This document shows positions 12,897 through 27,212 of a stretch of DNA of 64,000 nucleotides, in pieces. This DNA is from Eledone cirrhosa. Its lineage: Eukaryota. A program made the translations under genes and the position numbers. Position 1 is the stretch's first letter; each line of letters starts with the position of its first letter. Under the pieces are notes generated by a model. That model saw nothing but the letters and a program-made list of their open reading frames with translations. It had not been told where the DNA came from and searched no databases. Where the stretch lies: the NCBI GenBank assembly GCA_964016885.1, contig OZ024745.1, positions 45,136,001 through 45,200,000 on the forward strand, read 5' to 3'.

Positions 12897-13698
12897 CCCG
12901 GGACCCATGGATAACTTACAGACGTCCTTGGCCTGGCAGTGCTACCGAGGGGCTCAGCCCGTTCGAGAAAGGCTCTACAGACACGGGCGCCCGGGTAGGG
13001 ACCCCTCGAAAAAGATCTGTACCTGATGCGTGTGCGACGAGGAAAGCGTTGCACACGCATTGGTACACTGCTCGGGCATTGCCGATCTGTGGGGCTATGT
13101 CGAACAACTGCTGTCAAGGGTGGGACCGATCCGGTTGACCACCGAGTCTATTGTAACGATCAAGCCGCCTCCCCTCTTCAAAAACGAAGGAGAGGCGGTG
13201 TTTCTGTGCGTAATAGCCATGGCGAAAGAGGTTGTATGGTGGACGCGTCTGAAAGGACTGAGGTCAGACACCTTTCTCTCGGGCCAACAACTGGTTCGTT
13301 TCTTCCGATATCATTTCGGAAGAAGGATCAGGATGGAGAGAGAGGTGCTGCACCCCAGCCGTTTTTATGAAAGATGGGTGAAAGTGGCGAGAATGGCCCG
13401 TGTGAATGGGCCTTCACTCTACATCAGACTGTAGGTGTGGAAGATGAAAGATCAAGGGAGCACCCCCTCTCTGTGCTCCTGAGGAGAAGGGTTGCACACT
13501 TTTTTTCGGGGGTGTGTGCGACCCCCCAAGGCGCCTCCTCCCTATTGAGGATTTTGTTATTAAATTTATTTTTGTTATATTTTATTTTATTTTTATATCT
13601 TGTTATTGCCTCCTCCTTATTGAGGACGCCTTTTTATGTAAACTTCCCCCATTGTACTTGTCCCACTTTTTGATGCCCTGGTGGCAAATAAAAAGAAA
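12897..13698 (+). mobile_element. L1/Tx1-clade LINE 3' fragment, second subfamily (zf-RVT region)
   Basis: WQCYRGA..CT*C..ESVAHALVHC zinc-knuckle-like region; paralogous to 16509-17609; flanked by (TATC)n. Confidence 0.9.
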
Positions 13699-14889
13699 GT
13701 TATCTATCTGTTTGTCCGTCCATCTGTCTATCTATCTGTGAATTTTCAATGTCTATATATATATAATAAATAATTGAATGTTGAGAAAGCTGGTACAATA
13801 CAGATAGAAATATAAAGATGGTACTGAGATAAAAGGATGACAAAACAAACAAAAGAATGTTTTTACCCAATATATTTCATGATATTTCAATGTAATGACC
13901 TTTTCAAATGGTAAGCGATGAACGCAGGTAAATGAAACGTTATTTATTACATATCTAACAATGTTTCATTCAAACTTTCTGCTTATCTTTATTTAATATC
14001 TTATCTTTGTTTTTTTCTTCTTTTTTCATTCTCGTCCCCCCTCTCTGTTTTGTTGGTGAAAACCTACAAGATAGCTGTTTAACAAACAAATAACACAACA
14101 TACATCTTTTAACGATACTATTAAACATTTCACGTTACATTCTTCATGGAATTGGCTTTCAGAGTACAGCAACATTTTCTTCCATTAGGAATGGTTTTCG
14201 TCAGTTTCTCGTACGGCTCCATTTTACATATATCCACAAGCAAGTATACACAGATATATACATCTTTTTAAAAATAAATGTGCGCATTTCTCTAGATCTA
14301 CATTATATATATATATACATATATATGAACTAATAAACTTCCTAAATCTATCACGAATCTTTCTATAATTTCATAGTCTTATCGTCAGGATGAAGTGATG
14401 TTGGTGAGTGTTGCTGCTTTTTTATAATAGGATAAGCCCTTGTCAATGATGTAGAGGTTACCACTTCAATCTGAATTATAATCGTTAGATTTACACGTCA
14501 TCAATCAAGTGTTTCCTTTCTTTCACTAGTGTATGTTATCTCTGTCTGTCTCTCTGTGTGTGTATTTTAGTATTGTGCTGTTTTATGAGGATTGCTTCTT
14601 TCACCAATCATTTATATTTGTGAGGAAATTTGCAAAGTGTAAATACGTTTTAGACTAAAGTTTCCCTACCGAGTTTTGTTTTGTATGATTTGGAGTAGGG
14701 TATTATAACTGTTCATTGTTGTAAATGAATAGTGAGCTGGTGTGGTCTGGCATGTCTTGGACAATATAACAATTGGAAGTGTAAAATCTACAATTTGATG
14801 TTCGCAATTGGATCTATGTCTCACATCGTTCACGTTGTTTAGATGCTTATGGTTTGTTATTTAATAAGGTTTTTAATTCTAGTGTTTTT

Positions 14890-15440
14890 CTTGCTCCAAT
14901 CATAGAGGGATCTCTTTTGTGAGCCTTCTCGGTGAAGTCTATGCTAAGTGTCTGCCAAAATATATAGGGAGATTGTCAAATGCAAGCTAGCTGATGAACA
15001 GTGCAGTTTTTGCCCCAGACGCAGCACAGCCGACCAAATATTTACACTGCGGCAGGACTTTGAGAAATCGTGGGAGTACTGCCATGATTTGTAACATTGA
15101 AAAGGCTTATGACCGCGTTTCACGGGACCTGCTGTGGAAGGTTCTGCAGGAGTATGGGATTGATGGTCAGCTTCTTGTTGCCCCGATTCTCTATACGAAT
15201 GTGAGTATTTGTGTTCAGATAAATAGTACTAACTCGAAACCATTCAATGTGGGAGTCGGACTCTGCCAAGGGTGCGTACTATCACCTCTCCAGTTCATTA
15301 TTTTCATGAACAGGATTGACATGCGCAGTGTATGTCAATCGACTGGCAAGTGTAGAATCAGCTGGCTGCAATTTGCAGACGACACGGTTTACTTAACTCG
15401 ACAGAAGGTGATCTCCGACTGGCATTTGATTAGGTTGATG
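14890..15440 (+). pseudogene. Decayed non-LTR (RTE-like) reverse transcriptase fragment
   Basis: IEKAYDRV..LW..L..YG, GVGLCQGCVLSPLQF and LQFADD motifs in ORF 14994-15530. Confidence 0.85.
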
Positions 15441-15894
15441 CCTTACACAACATGTTTCCACAAACATCACACTAAGCAGTTTGCTCAATTTTTCTTTCCC
15501 AAAATTCTTTCCTTTACTTGCAAATATTAACTTACAGAATTTCAAGTTGAATATCAACCTCATCGTTCTCACTAGTAGAGGAAAAATGTAAGGAGAAAAT
15601 GAAGGGTGAAGGTGTTAAATGTTATGAGTCTTCCTTTGACTAAATAAAATTAAAATGTTCAGCTACGAAGCAAGAATGTCTTTGAGTTATTCCAAGTTTC
15701 AGTGTTTTTGTATGTCAAAGTATTTCAATTATTTGTTGAGTGTTGTGTCAAATTAACCGAACTATGCATATTTAAATAGATTGTTTCCAGTATCGGGAAA
15801 AGACTGTGTGTAGGCGAAGAGAAGGATGGAGATAGATAGATAGATAGAGGGGGGGGTGAGAGAATAAAGAGTCATAATAAATGATGGAGATAAC

Positions 15895-16021
15895 ATGTAT
15901 TTTAAATTGAGTGGCACTGCCCTCAGTGTTTAGCAATTTTTAGACAACTCTATCATAGAAACAATTGTTAGACTGTAAATAAACTTCCTTGTTTGTACTG
16001 TTGACCATGTTATTCTTCACT
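15895..16021 (+). mobile_element. Diverged partial copy of the HHR-bearing element at 59713-60119
   Basis: TTTAGCAATTT.TAGACAA.TCTA.CATAGAAACAATTGT.AGACT...CCATGTTATTCTT matches ~59995-60117. Confidence 0.7.
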
Positions 16022-16190
16022 TTTTCAATTTTATTACTCCAAGATATACTTACATAGGAATACAAGTGAAGTCATAAACTCGTGATCCACGTAAACCTCT
16101 TGTTGAGTCATACAACGAAGTACGCTAAAACCATCCATGATAAGAAGTTTTCACAACCTCTAATCGGATTACCTTTAACGATGTCTTGTT

Positions 16191-16262
<72 letters not shown>

Positions 16263-16272
16263 GATAGATAGA

Positions 16273-17575
16273 TTTCTTTATTAGCCACAGGGGCACAAAA
16301 GAAGGGGACAAATACAAAGGGGGAAGTTTACATACAATAAAAACGTGTAAAATGTTATCACAGATGGAATTTAAAAGTTAGTCGATTTTCCCCAATAGAG
16401 GGAGACAGTTTATATGGGTAACACATACCCCCGAAAAAATGTGCAACCCTCATCTCCAGGAGTACGAAGAGCTTGTACTCCTTTCCTCTCCTCCTCCTTT
16501 TCCTCAATCTACAGGCTGATATAGAGAGAAGGCCCATTCACTCGGGCCATTCTCGCCACTTTCACCCACCTTTCATAAAACTTGCTGCGGTACAGCACCT
16601 CTCTCTCCATCCTGATTCTTCTTCCAAAGTGGTATTTGAAAAAAAGAATCAGTTGTTGGCCGGAGAGAAAGGTGTCTGACCTCAGCCCTTTCAACCTTGT
16701 CCACCATACAACCTCTTTCGCCATAGCTATCACACAAAGGAAAACCGCCTCTCCTTCGTTTTTGAAGGAGGGTGGCGGTTTGATCATGACAATGGATTCG
16801 GTGGTCAACTGGATTGGTCCCACCCGCGACAATAGTCGTTCTACATATCCCCACAGGTCAGTGACGCCCGGGCAGTGTATGAATGCGTGCGCGACGGTTT
16901 CTTCGTCTCGCACGCACCTCGGACAGATCTTTTTTGCAGGGTCCCTGCCCGGGCGCCCATGTCTGTAGAGCTTGTCTCGAACTGGTAGAGCTCCTCGGTA
17001 GCACTGCCAGGCCAGGGACTTTTGGAAGTTGTCCATCGGTCCCGGGCGGAAGGTCCTACCGAACAGACTGGCCAGTTCATCTTCCTCCACGCCTAGAGTT
17101 TCACCGAGCGCGTCGTCGCACTTGCTGCGGACCAACCCTCTATAGAATGACGAAGTGGAGTCTCCACTGATCGCCGGGTCCGCCTGCCAGAGGGCTGTGA
17201 GCGCCTGAGCACATTCGATGTGCCAGTCGCCCATTTTCCTCGGTCTCTGCTTGACCCAGGACTGCAGCTCGGTCAGTGAGACGAGTCGTGGGAAGGCTCG
17301 CCTCACGAACGGGGCCCACACCGGTTGTCCGGTGAGGAATACGTAGAGATGCCGCAGCCTGAGCGCGTGTTTGCGCATCGTCAACCACGGCATCCCCAGC
17401 CCTCCGTTAGAAGGGTGTTGGCAGCAGATGGATCTTCTTACCAAAGGAGCCCGCCTCTTCCAAAGGAATCGGAAGAGGGCGCGCTCCATTTTGGCGAGCG
17501 TTTTGGCTGGACAAGGCACGACGGTCAAGCGGTAGTAGATGGCGGACGCTATAAAAGTGTTCGCCACCTCCGCTC
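16273..17575 (-). mobile_element. 5'-truncated L1/Tx1-clade LINE (open ORF2 C-terminal ~355 aa + 3' UTR)
   Basis: FRFLW...GGLGMP and CPRC..ETVAHAFIHCP motifs typical of L1/Tx1 ORF2; GATA repeats at both junctions. Confidence 0.93.
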
Positions 17576-17961
17576 GATAGATAGAGAGAAAGGGTTTACA
17601 TGTATACAAAAGAATGGTATGTTTCTGTATGCATGTAAAAAGTAGATTATCGTTTTAGTAATACGACGTTTGCGAGTTAATTAGAGCTGTGAAAGAATGC
17701 CAGTGTTCTTGGGAAAATATTCAACGAAGCATGTTTAAAAGCTCTAAAAGCAGTATCAGTCCCAACTCTTCAGTTGCTATATTACCCGTAACGGAACGAC
17801 ACAAATAACTAATATTCTGCATACCTATAAGTAGTCGAAATTAGAAGACCTGTTTTCGGATTCCTACAGCAGAGAAAGCAATATGCTCCGAGGTTGTACC
17901 AGATGGTATATTTCAACCGCAAGGCTGAATTCATTTTTATTACGCGCACGCATGTGAATTT

Positions 17962-18095
<134 letters not shown>

Positions 18096-18185
18096 GCATA
18101 CACACTGACACACAGACATACACACTGTCTCAATAATGTAGTTTCTTTTAAATACACGCGGTCAGCGAATGTACTGCCATGTAAA

Positions 18186-19305
18186 TGGTTTCTTATATAG
18201 GCACAAGGCCAGCAAATTTGAAGGGAGGGGAAAGTCGATTAAATCGACCCCAGTGCGTGACTGGTACTTTATTTTATCGACCCCGTAAGGATGACAAGCA
18301 AAGTTAACCTCGGCGGAATTTGAACTCAGATCATAAAGGGCCATAACTCTATGCTGTACTACCATGTAAATGAATAACTATTGGAGCCTGTTATTGACAA
18401 CATTTTTACAAGTAGCTCTAAGCTATTTCCCCTCTCTGAACGGCGAACTCGATTAAACATTCTTGACAACTAGTCGAAACTAATCGAGCTGTTCTTGATC
18501 ATTCTGCAGAGATATCACCGTGGTTTAACCACAAGGTCTATTTACACATTGATGCTAAACATTTGTGAAAATATTCTCAACCAATCAACTGTCTAATTAA
18601 TCAATCATTTCTTTATCGGTTCAACTATCTGTTTATTAAACTGCTTTCTTCTTTATTATAGCTATTTGGAGGGCAGTGGATTGGTAGTATCGGTAGAGCG
18701 TCGGACAACATGCTTTGCGGCATAGAGTTACGCCCCTTTCCGTTCTGAGTTCAAATGCTACCAAGGTTAGCTGGTAGCACCAGTAACGCATTGGGGTCTA
18801 TTTAATCGACGTTCTCCTTCCTCAAAAATGTTGGCCTTGTGCCTTAATCAGAAGCCATTATAACTATTTGGAAACTTGTATTTCTGTACATATTTTGCTG
18901 TAAAAAACTGTTACAAGTTATGCATGTGCAACAGGTCTTAAAAGCACCAAATACTTTAATGATGGGATACCAGCTTGTCTAAGGGTCCAGACCAATATTA
19001 GGCAGGGTCTTCAGATCAGGAATCAGAAAAACTATCAAAACTGCAATTTATGTTCTAAGTCCAAATCTTATCAAATCTAATGAATGAAATAATTCTTTCC
19101 AGTGGCTTGGCAGAGTCGTTAGAGCGTCGGACAATAAGCTTTGAGGCATGCAGTTACGGCCCTTTACGTTCTGAGTTCAAATCTTGAAGTTAGCTTTACC
19201 TTTCATCCTTACAAGGTCGATAAAATAAAGTACCAGTAATGCACTGGGATCGATTTAATCGACCCCCCTCCCTAAATTGTTAACCTTGTGGCTAAATCAA
19301 AAACC
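18186..19305. mobile_element. Three major-family SINEs (18186-18360 -, 18670-18860 +, 19100-19305 +)
   Basis: Shared GGCACAAGGCCAGCAA / CTGGTACTT..TTATCGACCCC..AAGGATGA..GGCAAAGTT..CCTCGGCGG..TTTGAACTCAG. Confidence 0.85.
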
Positions 19306-20707
19306 TATAGATATTATAAAGTAACTCTGGTTTATATGTTATTATCAAAAATGATATATTTTTGTATAGTACACTAACAACTCAATTTTAATTACATAAC
19401 ATTTTACCAGTCTTAACCCTTTGCGTGAGGGGTGAACTCTGGTAACTGAAGGTTGGATATTCCTAATATTATACCGTTTCTACACTTCTATGATTGTTTA
19501 ACGCTCTAATATCGAGTCGTTTATATGTCTTTTCTAATTAAAGAAATGGTAAATTTGAATCACTGAACTAGTGGTTCAAAACTTGTAATTGGAATCCATC
19601 TCATTTATTCTGCGTCATCTCAGAGACTAATTACCAGAACGAAACATACATACAGGCATATATTCTCACAAAATCAAAACAATAATAGAAACAGTAACAA
19701 AAATGAAGCTCTTTGAACTTGCAAGGGAATTTCTACGTAGCCATTCACCCTAGAAATGTGATGGCCTCGTATCTCCTCAGCTAAATACCTACCGTTTTAA
19801 TAAAGAAACTATAGGCTTTCCTCTTAAATTCAAAGACAACAGGGTGAAATCACAATTTGCTTTTACAAGTTCCTTTATTGTTTTTTTTCTTTTTTTCTTT
19901 CTAACACACACACACACACGCACCCACACACACATAGACACACATATACACATACACGCATGCACACACACACGCATGTCTGTCAGCAAAGGTGTACAAA
20001 TGATATGGTTGGGGAAAGAGAGAGAAAGAAAAAGAAAAAAAAAAGAAAGAAATACAGCAGGAATGGGAGAAGTTATGAAAGAACAAGAGAGAAAAAGTAG
20101 AAGAGAGACATGGAAGTGATTCGTGAGACAGAAAGCAGGCGGGAAGGAGGCGGGAAATTAGACAAATAAAAAGAGAAAGAGATATGTCACAAACGAATTA
20201 TTAAGACATTCAGTCAAGTGTCAAAATGATTTGTTGATATCGTTGTGTTTCTAGGCCATAAGATGAGATGTTGATTGACACAGCGTGATGGGTCAGCTAC
20301 TATTTACAGCTAGACGACTTAAATAACAAGACCAGTGATATTGATACGATGCCAGTCATGAAACACAGAGGAGAACAAAATAGCGGTGACAGACTAGGGG
20401 AGGGGGAGATGTAGTGTCTCTCACTCCCCCTCTCTCTTTTCTGGCTTGATCCTTCGTTCTTTTTCTCCTTCTCATTCGTTTTTGTCCGTCCTTTACTGTT
20501 CCCTGTAATATTGTGTTTAGTTTTTATTAGCTACAACAAGCTGTTCTGTTTTCAATAACAGTTTCGAAAACCAGCAATCTGATCAATTAAGTTAATATTG
20601 GTAAAATTTTCGATAAATTAATCAGCAAAACTATTTATATTTGTTGTTTGATAAATGATATAGCCTTTGTAAATCAGACCTATAAGTAGGTTTGAGGTAA
20701 AGAGAGT

Positions 20708-20779
<72 letters not shown>

Positions 20780-20859
20780 TGCCCCCTCCCCCTCTCTGTC
20801 TATATCATACATATCGCTTCCTCATGCTTTCATTCTTTCTTTCATTTTATTCAATCATG

Positions 20860-21727
20860 CACACACACACACGCACACACCACACACACAACACTCACAC
20901 ACACTAACATGCAGATGCACACACACACACAACACTCACACACACTAACATGCAGATGCACACACACACACAATCACTCATACTCACACTCTATTACACA
21001 CACATACATTCTTATACACTCACCCACACACTTGTACTCATACATTTACACACACTCACAAACTCGCACTCACACACACTCATACAAACGTACACTCTCA
21101 CACGCACATTCGCACACATACTCACTTACACATAGGCACTCATACTCATTCATACGCAAACTCCCGCACAGACACTCACAAACACACTCTCACACATATA
21201 CTTGCACATACTTTCACACACACTCACAGACACGCACTCACACACACACATTCTCTCATACATACACTCACACACTCACAAACACGTACTCACACACACT
21301 CACTCACACACACTCTCTCACACACACACTCACTCACACACACACACTCTCACACATACACTCGCACACACTCACTCACACACATGCACTCATCCCCCAC
21401 ACACTCTCTCACACATACAATCACACACACTCACTCACACACACACTCACACACGCTCACTCACACACACTCTGACGCATACGCTCGCATACAATGACTC
21501 ACACACACACACACTCTCTCACACATACACTCACACACACTCACTCACACACGCTCACACACACTGACTCTCACACACACACACACACTCACTCACACAC
21601 GCTCACACACACTGACTCTCACACACACACTAACTCACACACGCTCACACACACTGACTCAAACACAAACTCTCTCATACACTCACACACACACTCATAC
21701 ACACACACTCTCTCATATACACACACA

Positions 21728-21799
<72 letters not shown>

Positions 21800-21800
21800 T
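20860..21800. repeat. Degenerate CA/CT-rich low-complexity tract
   Basis: ACAC/ACTC mosaics; His/Thr-rich ORFs are artefacts. Confidence 0.9.
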
Positions 21801-22023
21801 ATTAACACAGAGAAACTCGAATCAAATCGAATGGCCCACATGCCACCATTACAATGTGATGATCAATCCTTTTTGTTTGGTAGCAGGTCACCCGATATCT
21901 TGTCTCATGTTGAGAAGAGCTGAGCAGCTGCCATAATTTGAGACTGTTTAAAGACGCAGTAGTCACGAAGAGCGGGCAGTAACATGGTAAATAACTCAAA
22001 ACCAATCAGAATTATAATCATAC

Positions 22024-22068
22024 ACCAATCCCTGCAGTATTTAGACCATCTTCTTCTGCATCTCCCAT
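22024..22068 (-). other. Possible first coding exon (MGDAEEDGLNTAGIG)
   Basis: AAAACATGG start context, GTATGA donor-like site, CRE palindrome TGACGTCA at 22151-22158 about 85 bp upstream, unique moderately GC-rich sequence. No homology recognised. Confidence 0.2.
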
Positions 22069-22234
22069 GTTTTCACAATTGGTTTTAATTTGATTTCTGT
22101 CACGTTTTCGCCACATTTCGCTCTGAGCACCCAGAGACTCCGCACAACTATGACGTCAAAACTTTCCCCCCTCTCTCTCTCATTTTATCTATTTTGTTGT
22201 TCCTCTCTGCCTCATTTTCTTATGCTACTAATTT

Positions 22235-22547
<313 letters not shown>

Positions 22548-22782
22548 CATGCACACAATACGTACATACATACATGCGACAATTATAAATGCAACAATTA
22601 TAACATTATTCATTCTGTCGAACTAAAGAAACTTTAAATATACTCACCTTCACTTTTTAATTATAACCTTTCTTTTGTATGGAAGTTTACCCCCCTTTTC
22701 AGCTATATATATATATATATGTACTTCCTGATGATTTCTCCCGAATGAAACAGTTCTAGTCCTGTAGAAGCCTTTTCTACAT

Positions 22783-22865
<83 letters not shown>

Positions 22866-22997
22866 ATACTTTGGGAGGGTCATGTTGCCAATAAGAAACA
22901 CACGCACAAGTTGCATTCACTTCAATTTATTATACATTAAATTTATAAATTTCCGGTTGGTTGGTTGGTTCCACAACCAGACGATTGTTCATATATT

Positions 22998-23040
22998 GTC
23001 AAAGTTCTTTCGTCACACATTCTGTGACCTCTTCAGTGAC
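22998..23040 (-). ncRNA. Minimal type I hammerhead ribozyme in the inverted pLTR
   Basis: GUCA-CUGAAGA-G-GUCACA/UGUGAC-GAAA-G(AA)C-UU-UGAC. Confidence 0.75.
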
Positions 23041-24854
23041 TGGGGATTCTTTTCTTTGTTTTTGTGCCTCTCCTTTGTTCTGTCCTACGCCATCTTGTTT
23101 TTGTGTGTGTTGTGTGCTTAGTTTGAGCATGTGTTACATCCGGGTGTCTGTGTGTGTGATTATATTTGTTTATTTATTCTTATATTTATTCTTATATTTG
23201 TTTATAATTCTTAAATTTATAAATATAATTTATAATAAATTGAAGTGAAAGCAACTGGTGCGTGTGTTTCTTATTGGGAACATGACCCTCCCAAAGCATA
23301 ACAATATCGGTTTCAACACACGTTTTCAGATAAAGAATCTTGCTAAACAAATTCAGAAATGAAATATCGTAAGCCTTAACCAGGCTAACAAGATACTGAA
23401 AACCACCATGTTCTGTTGTCTACGAAAAACAATAACATCTCGATAACTACACTTCATAAAAGAATGTGCCTCGTCCCGAGTTTACACCAACACCATCAAC
23501 ACCGATGTAAGAAGATTACAACTTACCAAAAAGCAAGCAGATAGGCTAAAACGAACACTAATTCTAAACATAAAAAAGAGGGTTTACAGAGAATTAAGTC
23601 ATCAAGAAAAACATAAGCGTAACCTAATACAAGAAATAACTAAGATCACCACACCAAGAGAAAAATTAATATTTATAAACCTTATATGTCTTGAAGAAAA
23701 GTACATCGTTCAAGAATGTGACAAGCACTTTAACAAGAAACTAAGGTGGCTCAAACAGATGAAACTAGATCAAGAAACTTTAGAGAATATCGATAGATTT
23801 CATGACAAGATTGACGGGATAAACATGGCCGACATCTCATTAACAGATGAATTCAACAACAACAACACAAATATATACGGCAACACTACAGTTGACTCTG
23901 ATGAATATCGATATTACAGCTACCACCTAAATATGCCACATATAATAAGGTAAATATGATATAAAATGCTTGTCAGAAATAGAAAAATCATTTACGAAAT
24001 TACGTTGGAGCCTCAAAAACAAAAACAAAAACAAAAGTAACAATAATAACAACATACGCACACACACACATACAACACACATCCTAACAACAACAGACAC
24101 ACAGACGCAAACAACGATAACAACAACACACACATCAACAATAATAACATACTCAGAAACAACAACAGACACGCAGACACAAACAATAATAACAACACAC
24201 ACAACAATAATAACATACACGGAGACAACAACAACAACACACATCAACAACAGCACACATCAACAACAACAACAACACACACACATTCTATGCTTCTCAC
24301 CACCACAATCTTAACAAACACACAGACACAGAAAACAGGTAATGACGTAAGGGAAGGGAATGTGATTGAAAGGAGAAGGGAGACTATCGATACTGACTGA
24401 GAAAATAACCAGGACGAACACACAGACACACAAAATAGAGTAGATAATAACAATGAGCCAGATGAAAGAGACAGGAGTAATAATGAGAGACATAGAAACA
24501 ACCATGAGGCTGTTGGTGGAAATAGAAATAGAAACAACACAACTAACAATAACAATAGCAATAGTACACATAAAGCAGCAGCCTGGAACTCTACTTTTTA
24601 TAATCCTTCCGATATGTCCTTCGACCTATGAAGACTCCACGCCACGACTTTAGCTTTTAACAATCGCACGCAATTGCCGTCGCAGGTTGATGAACAAACA
24701 GAAGCACAATTTAGTATAGCTAGATCTAAACTTAGAAATATTATAGAACAGTATAGCAAGAAGCAAAATAGAATGGAGGCCCAGCAACTGGGAGAAAAAT
24801 TTGCAAATGGCTGCGTAAGCTCATGCAGCGCGCTCGCGTAATGGAGAGCTTGCA

Positions 24855-26479
24855 TGCTTTCCAACAGACAAGTCTGGCAGAATGTCGGTTGACAGTCTGT
24901 CAAACTACATCCAGGCAATGCAACCCCACATCACTAACACCAGAGAAGTAACACCACAAGAGCATGAAGATAGGGAGAAATCCCTCAATACCCATATGAT
25001 GATGTGGACAAACATAATGCAGCCCAACAAAAGGACTGCCAACAACTTCCAGGCCTGGAACAATGACGTGCCAGCGTTGTATGGGCTTCGAAAAGACCAT
25101 AAAACGAGCAGTGACCCTGTCACAGGACCACCAACACGGCCAGTCTGTGGAGCTAACATTGCTAGTAACTACAGACACTTTCCTACTTCCTCTCCCTGAT
25201 CATACGCCCCATCATTGAAATGTCCCCAGATATATGTGACAGCACGGAGGACCTCAGCAGAATCAGCGAAAGTAACCGATCTAGGGACCTAACAAACTGT
25301 ATAATAGGAAGTATGGATGTTGTGTCCTTGTATCCATCCATTGACGTGGATTTTACTGTGGAGAAATGCGTAGAAATGATCAGTGAGAGCAATGTTGAAT
25401 TCCGTGGGATTGATACCAGTGAGCTGGGACTCCTACTTAAACTTACCTATAGTAATGATTATCTAGATACATATGACCTTAGCAACCTGTGCCCTACAAG
25501 ACCAACAAGAGGCAGACCACCTACCATTACCTTAATGGCCAAGAAAACCCACACAGATAGATGGAACGGGTGGACCAGAGCCATACGGACCCCCGAAAAC
25601 CACGATGAACTAAAGAAAATGATTGCACATGCGGTGGGGACCAGTATAAAATTAACCCTTAAGGAACATATGTTCAAATTTAATGGAAAAACATATGCCC
25701 AAGAGGAGAGAGCAGCCATTGGTGTTAGCATTGCAGGTGACATAGCTAACCTATTCATGGTATGGTGGGACAATAGACTTAAACTTAAACTTAAAGAACA
25801 ATTAGAAGACAGCAACCTCTTAACCTTGATAATGTACTCCCGCTACGTTGATGATATAAACATCGTAGTAAAAACACCCCCACTAGAGAACAGTCAGGAA
25901 TTAGAGAAAAACACCATGGAAGGCATCCAGCAAATAGCTAACTCCATCCACCAGAGTATTAGAGTTACTATAGACTACCCAAGCAAACACCCCAACCATC
26001 GATTACCTGTACTAGACACAGAGCTCGGGTTAGAAACAATTAATAACAAAAAACAAATCCTCCATTCCCATTATGCCAAACCCATGACTTCCAAATATTT
26101 GATCCACCGAAACTCAGCTGTTTCGGACCACACCAAAATCAACATACTGATTGCGGATTTGGTACGGGTGATGAGAAACGTGTCCCGCATGTGCAACCCC
26201 AAAGAACTAGAGAGACACATACAACACTTCATCCACCATATACAGTTCTCTGGTTACAATCAGAGAGATAAAATCAGAATATATAGAGGAGCCAGAACCA
26301 AATGGGAAAAAAGGGTAAATAATGATACAAATGGGACCTGCTCCTTGTATAGGAGCAAATTTTGGAATAGAATAGAAAGAACTAGGAGTAAGGTTAATAG
26401 AATAAACTCATGGTATGATAGCAATAAATACGAGAGTGTAATGTTCCTCAATACAACCCCTAGAGGGGAATTAGCTTAA
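24855..26479 (+). pseudogene. PLE reverse transcriptase (frameshifted)
   Basis: PTDKSGR, LYGLRKDHK, PTRPVC, SMDVVSLYPSI, Q..AAIG..IAG..ANLFM, YSRYVDDI, LPVLD, HYAKP motifs. Confidence 0.93.
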
Positions 26480-26584
26480 AAATTTAGAAGGGCCCTAGAT
26501 AAACATAAACTCAATATTAAGATAGTAGAAAGACCAGGTACCTCCATAAAAACACTTATTACCTATACATACCCTTTTCAAAGA

Positions 26585-26973
26585 CCTCCCTGTATAGATA
26601 AGAAAGTATAATCTGTAAACTAAGCCCCCATATTAACTGTAAAACTAGAAATGTAGTATATAGCATAAGATGTACTGAAGGACAATGTAGAGATAAGAAT
26701 ATAGTGTACATAGGTGAGACAGCTCGTAGTATAGGAGAACTGATAAATGAACACTGGCGAGACCTTCAAGATAGTAAAGAATCATCTGTACTCCACCAAC
26801 ATGCTAAAATAGAATATAAGGGTAAATTAGAGAACATAGAAATAAAAATAGAATCTACACACAGAAAAGACGCAATGTTTAGACAAATCACAGAGGCAAT
26901 AAACATAAATGAACTCCAACCAAAATTAAATAGAAAACATGAATGGAATAGCAACATCACAACTTACAATTAA
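26585..26973 (+). pseudogene. PLE Cys-rich linker and GIY-YIG endonuclease
   Basis: NCKTRNVVYSIRC..C...VYIGETARS..E..NEH..SVLHQH..RQITEA..I..LNRKHEW. Confidence 0.9.
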
Positions 26974-27169
26974 GGACAAAATGAAAACACACACACACAT
27001 AGAACAAACAACCAACCAGTAACATGTAAATCAACAAATAAATAAACAAATATAAACACATACAAACACCCGGATGTAACACATGCGCAAACTAAGCACA
27101 CAACACACAAAGACAAGATGGCGTAGGACAGAACCAAGGAGAGGCACACAAACAAAGAAAATAACCCCA

Positions 27170-27212
27170 GTCACTGAAGAGGTCACAGAATGTGTGACGA
27201 AAGAACTTTGAC
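27170..27212 (+). ncRNA. Minimal type I hammerhead ribozyme in the 3' pLTR
   Basis: Stem I GTCA/TGAC, core CTGAAGA, stem II GTCACA/TGTGAC, GAAA, 2-bp stem III, CUU site. Confidence 0.8.
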
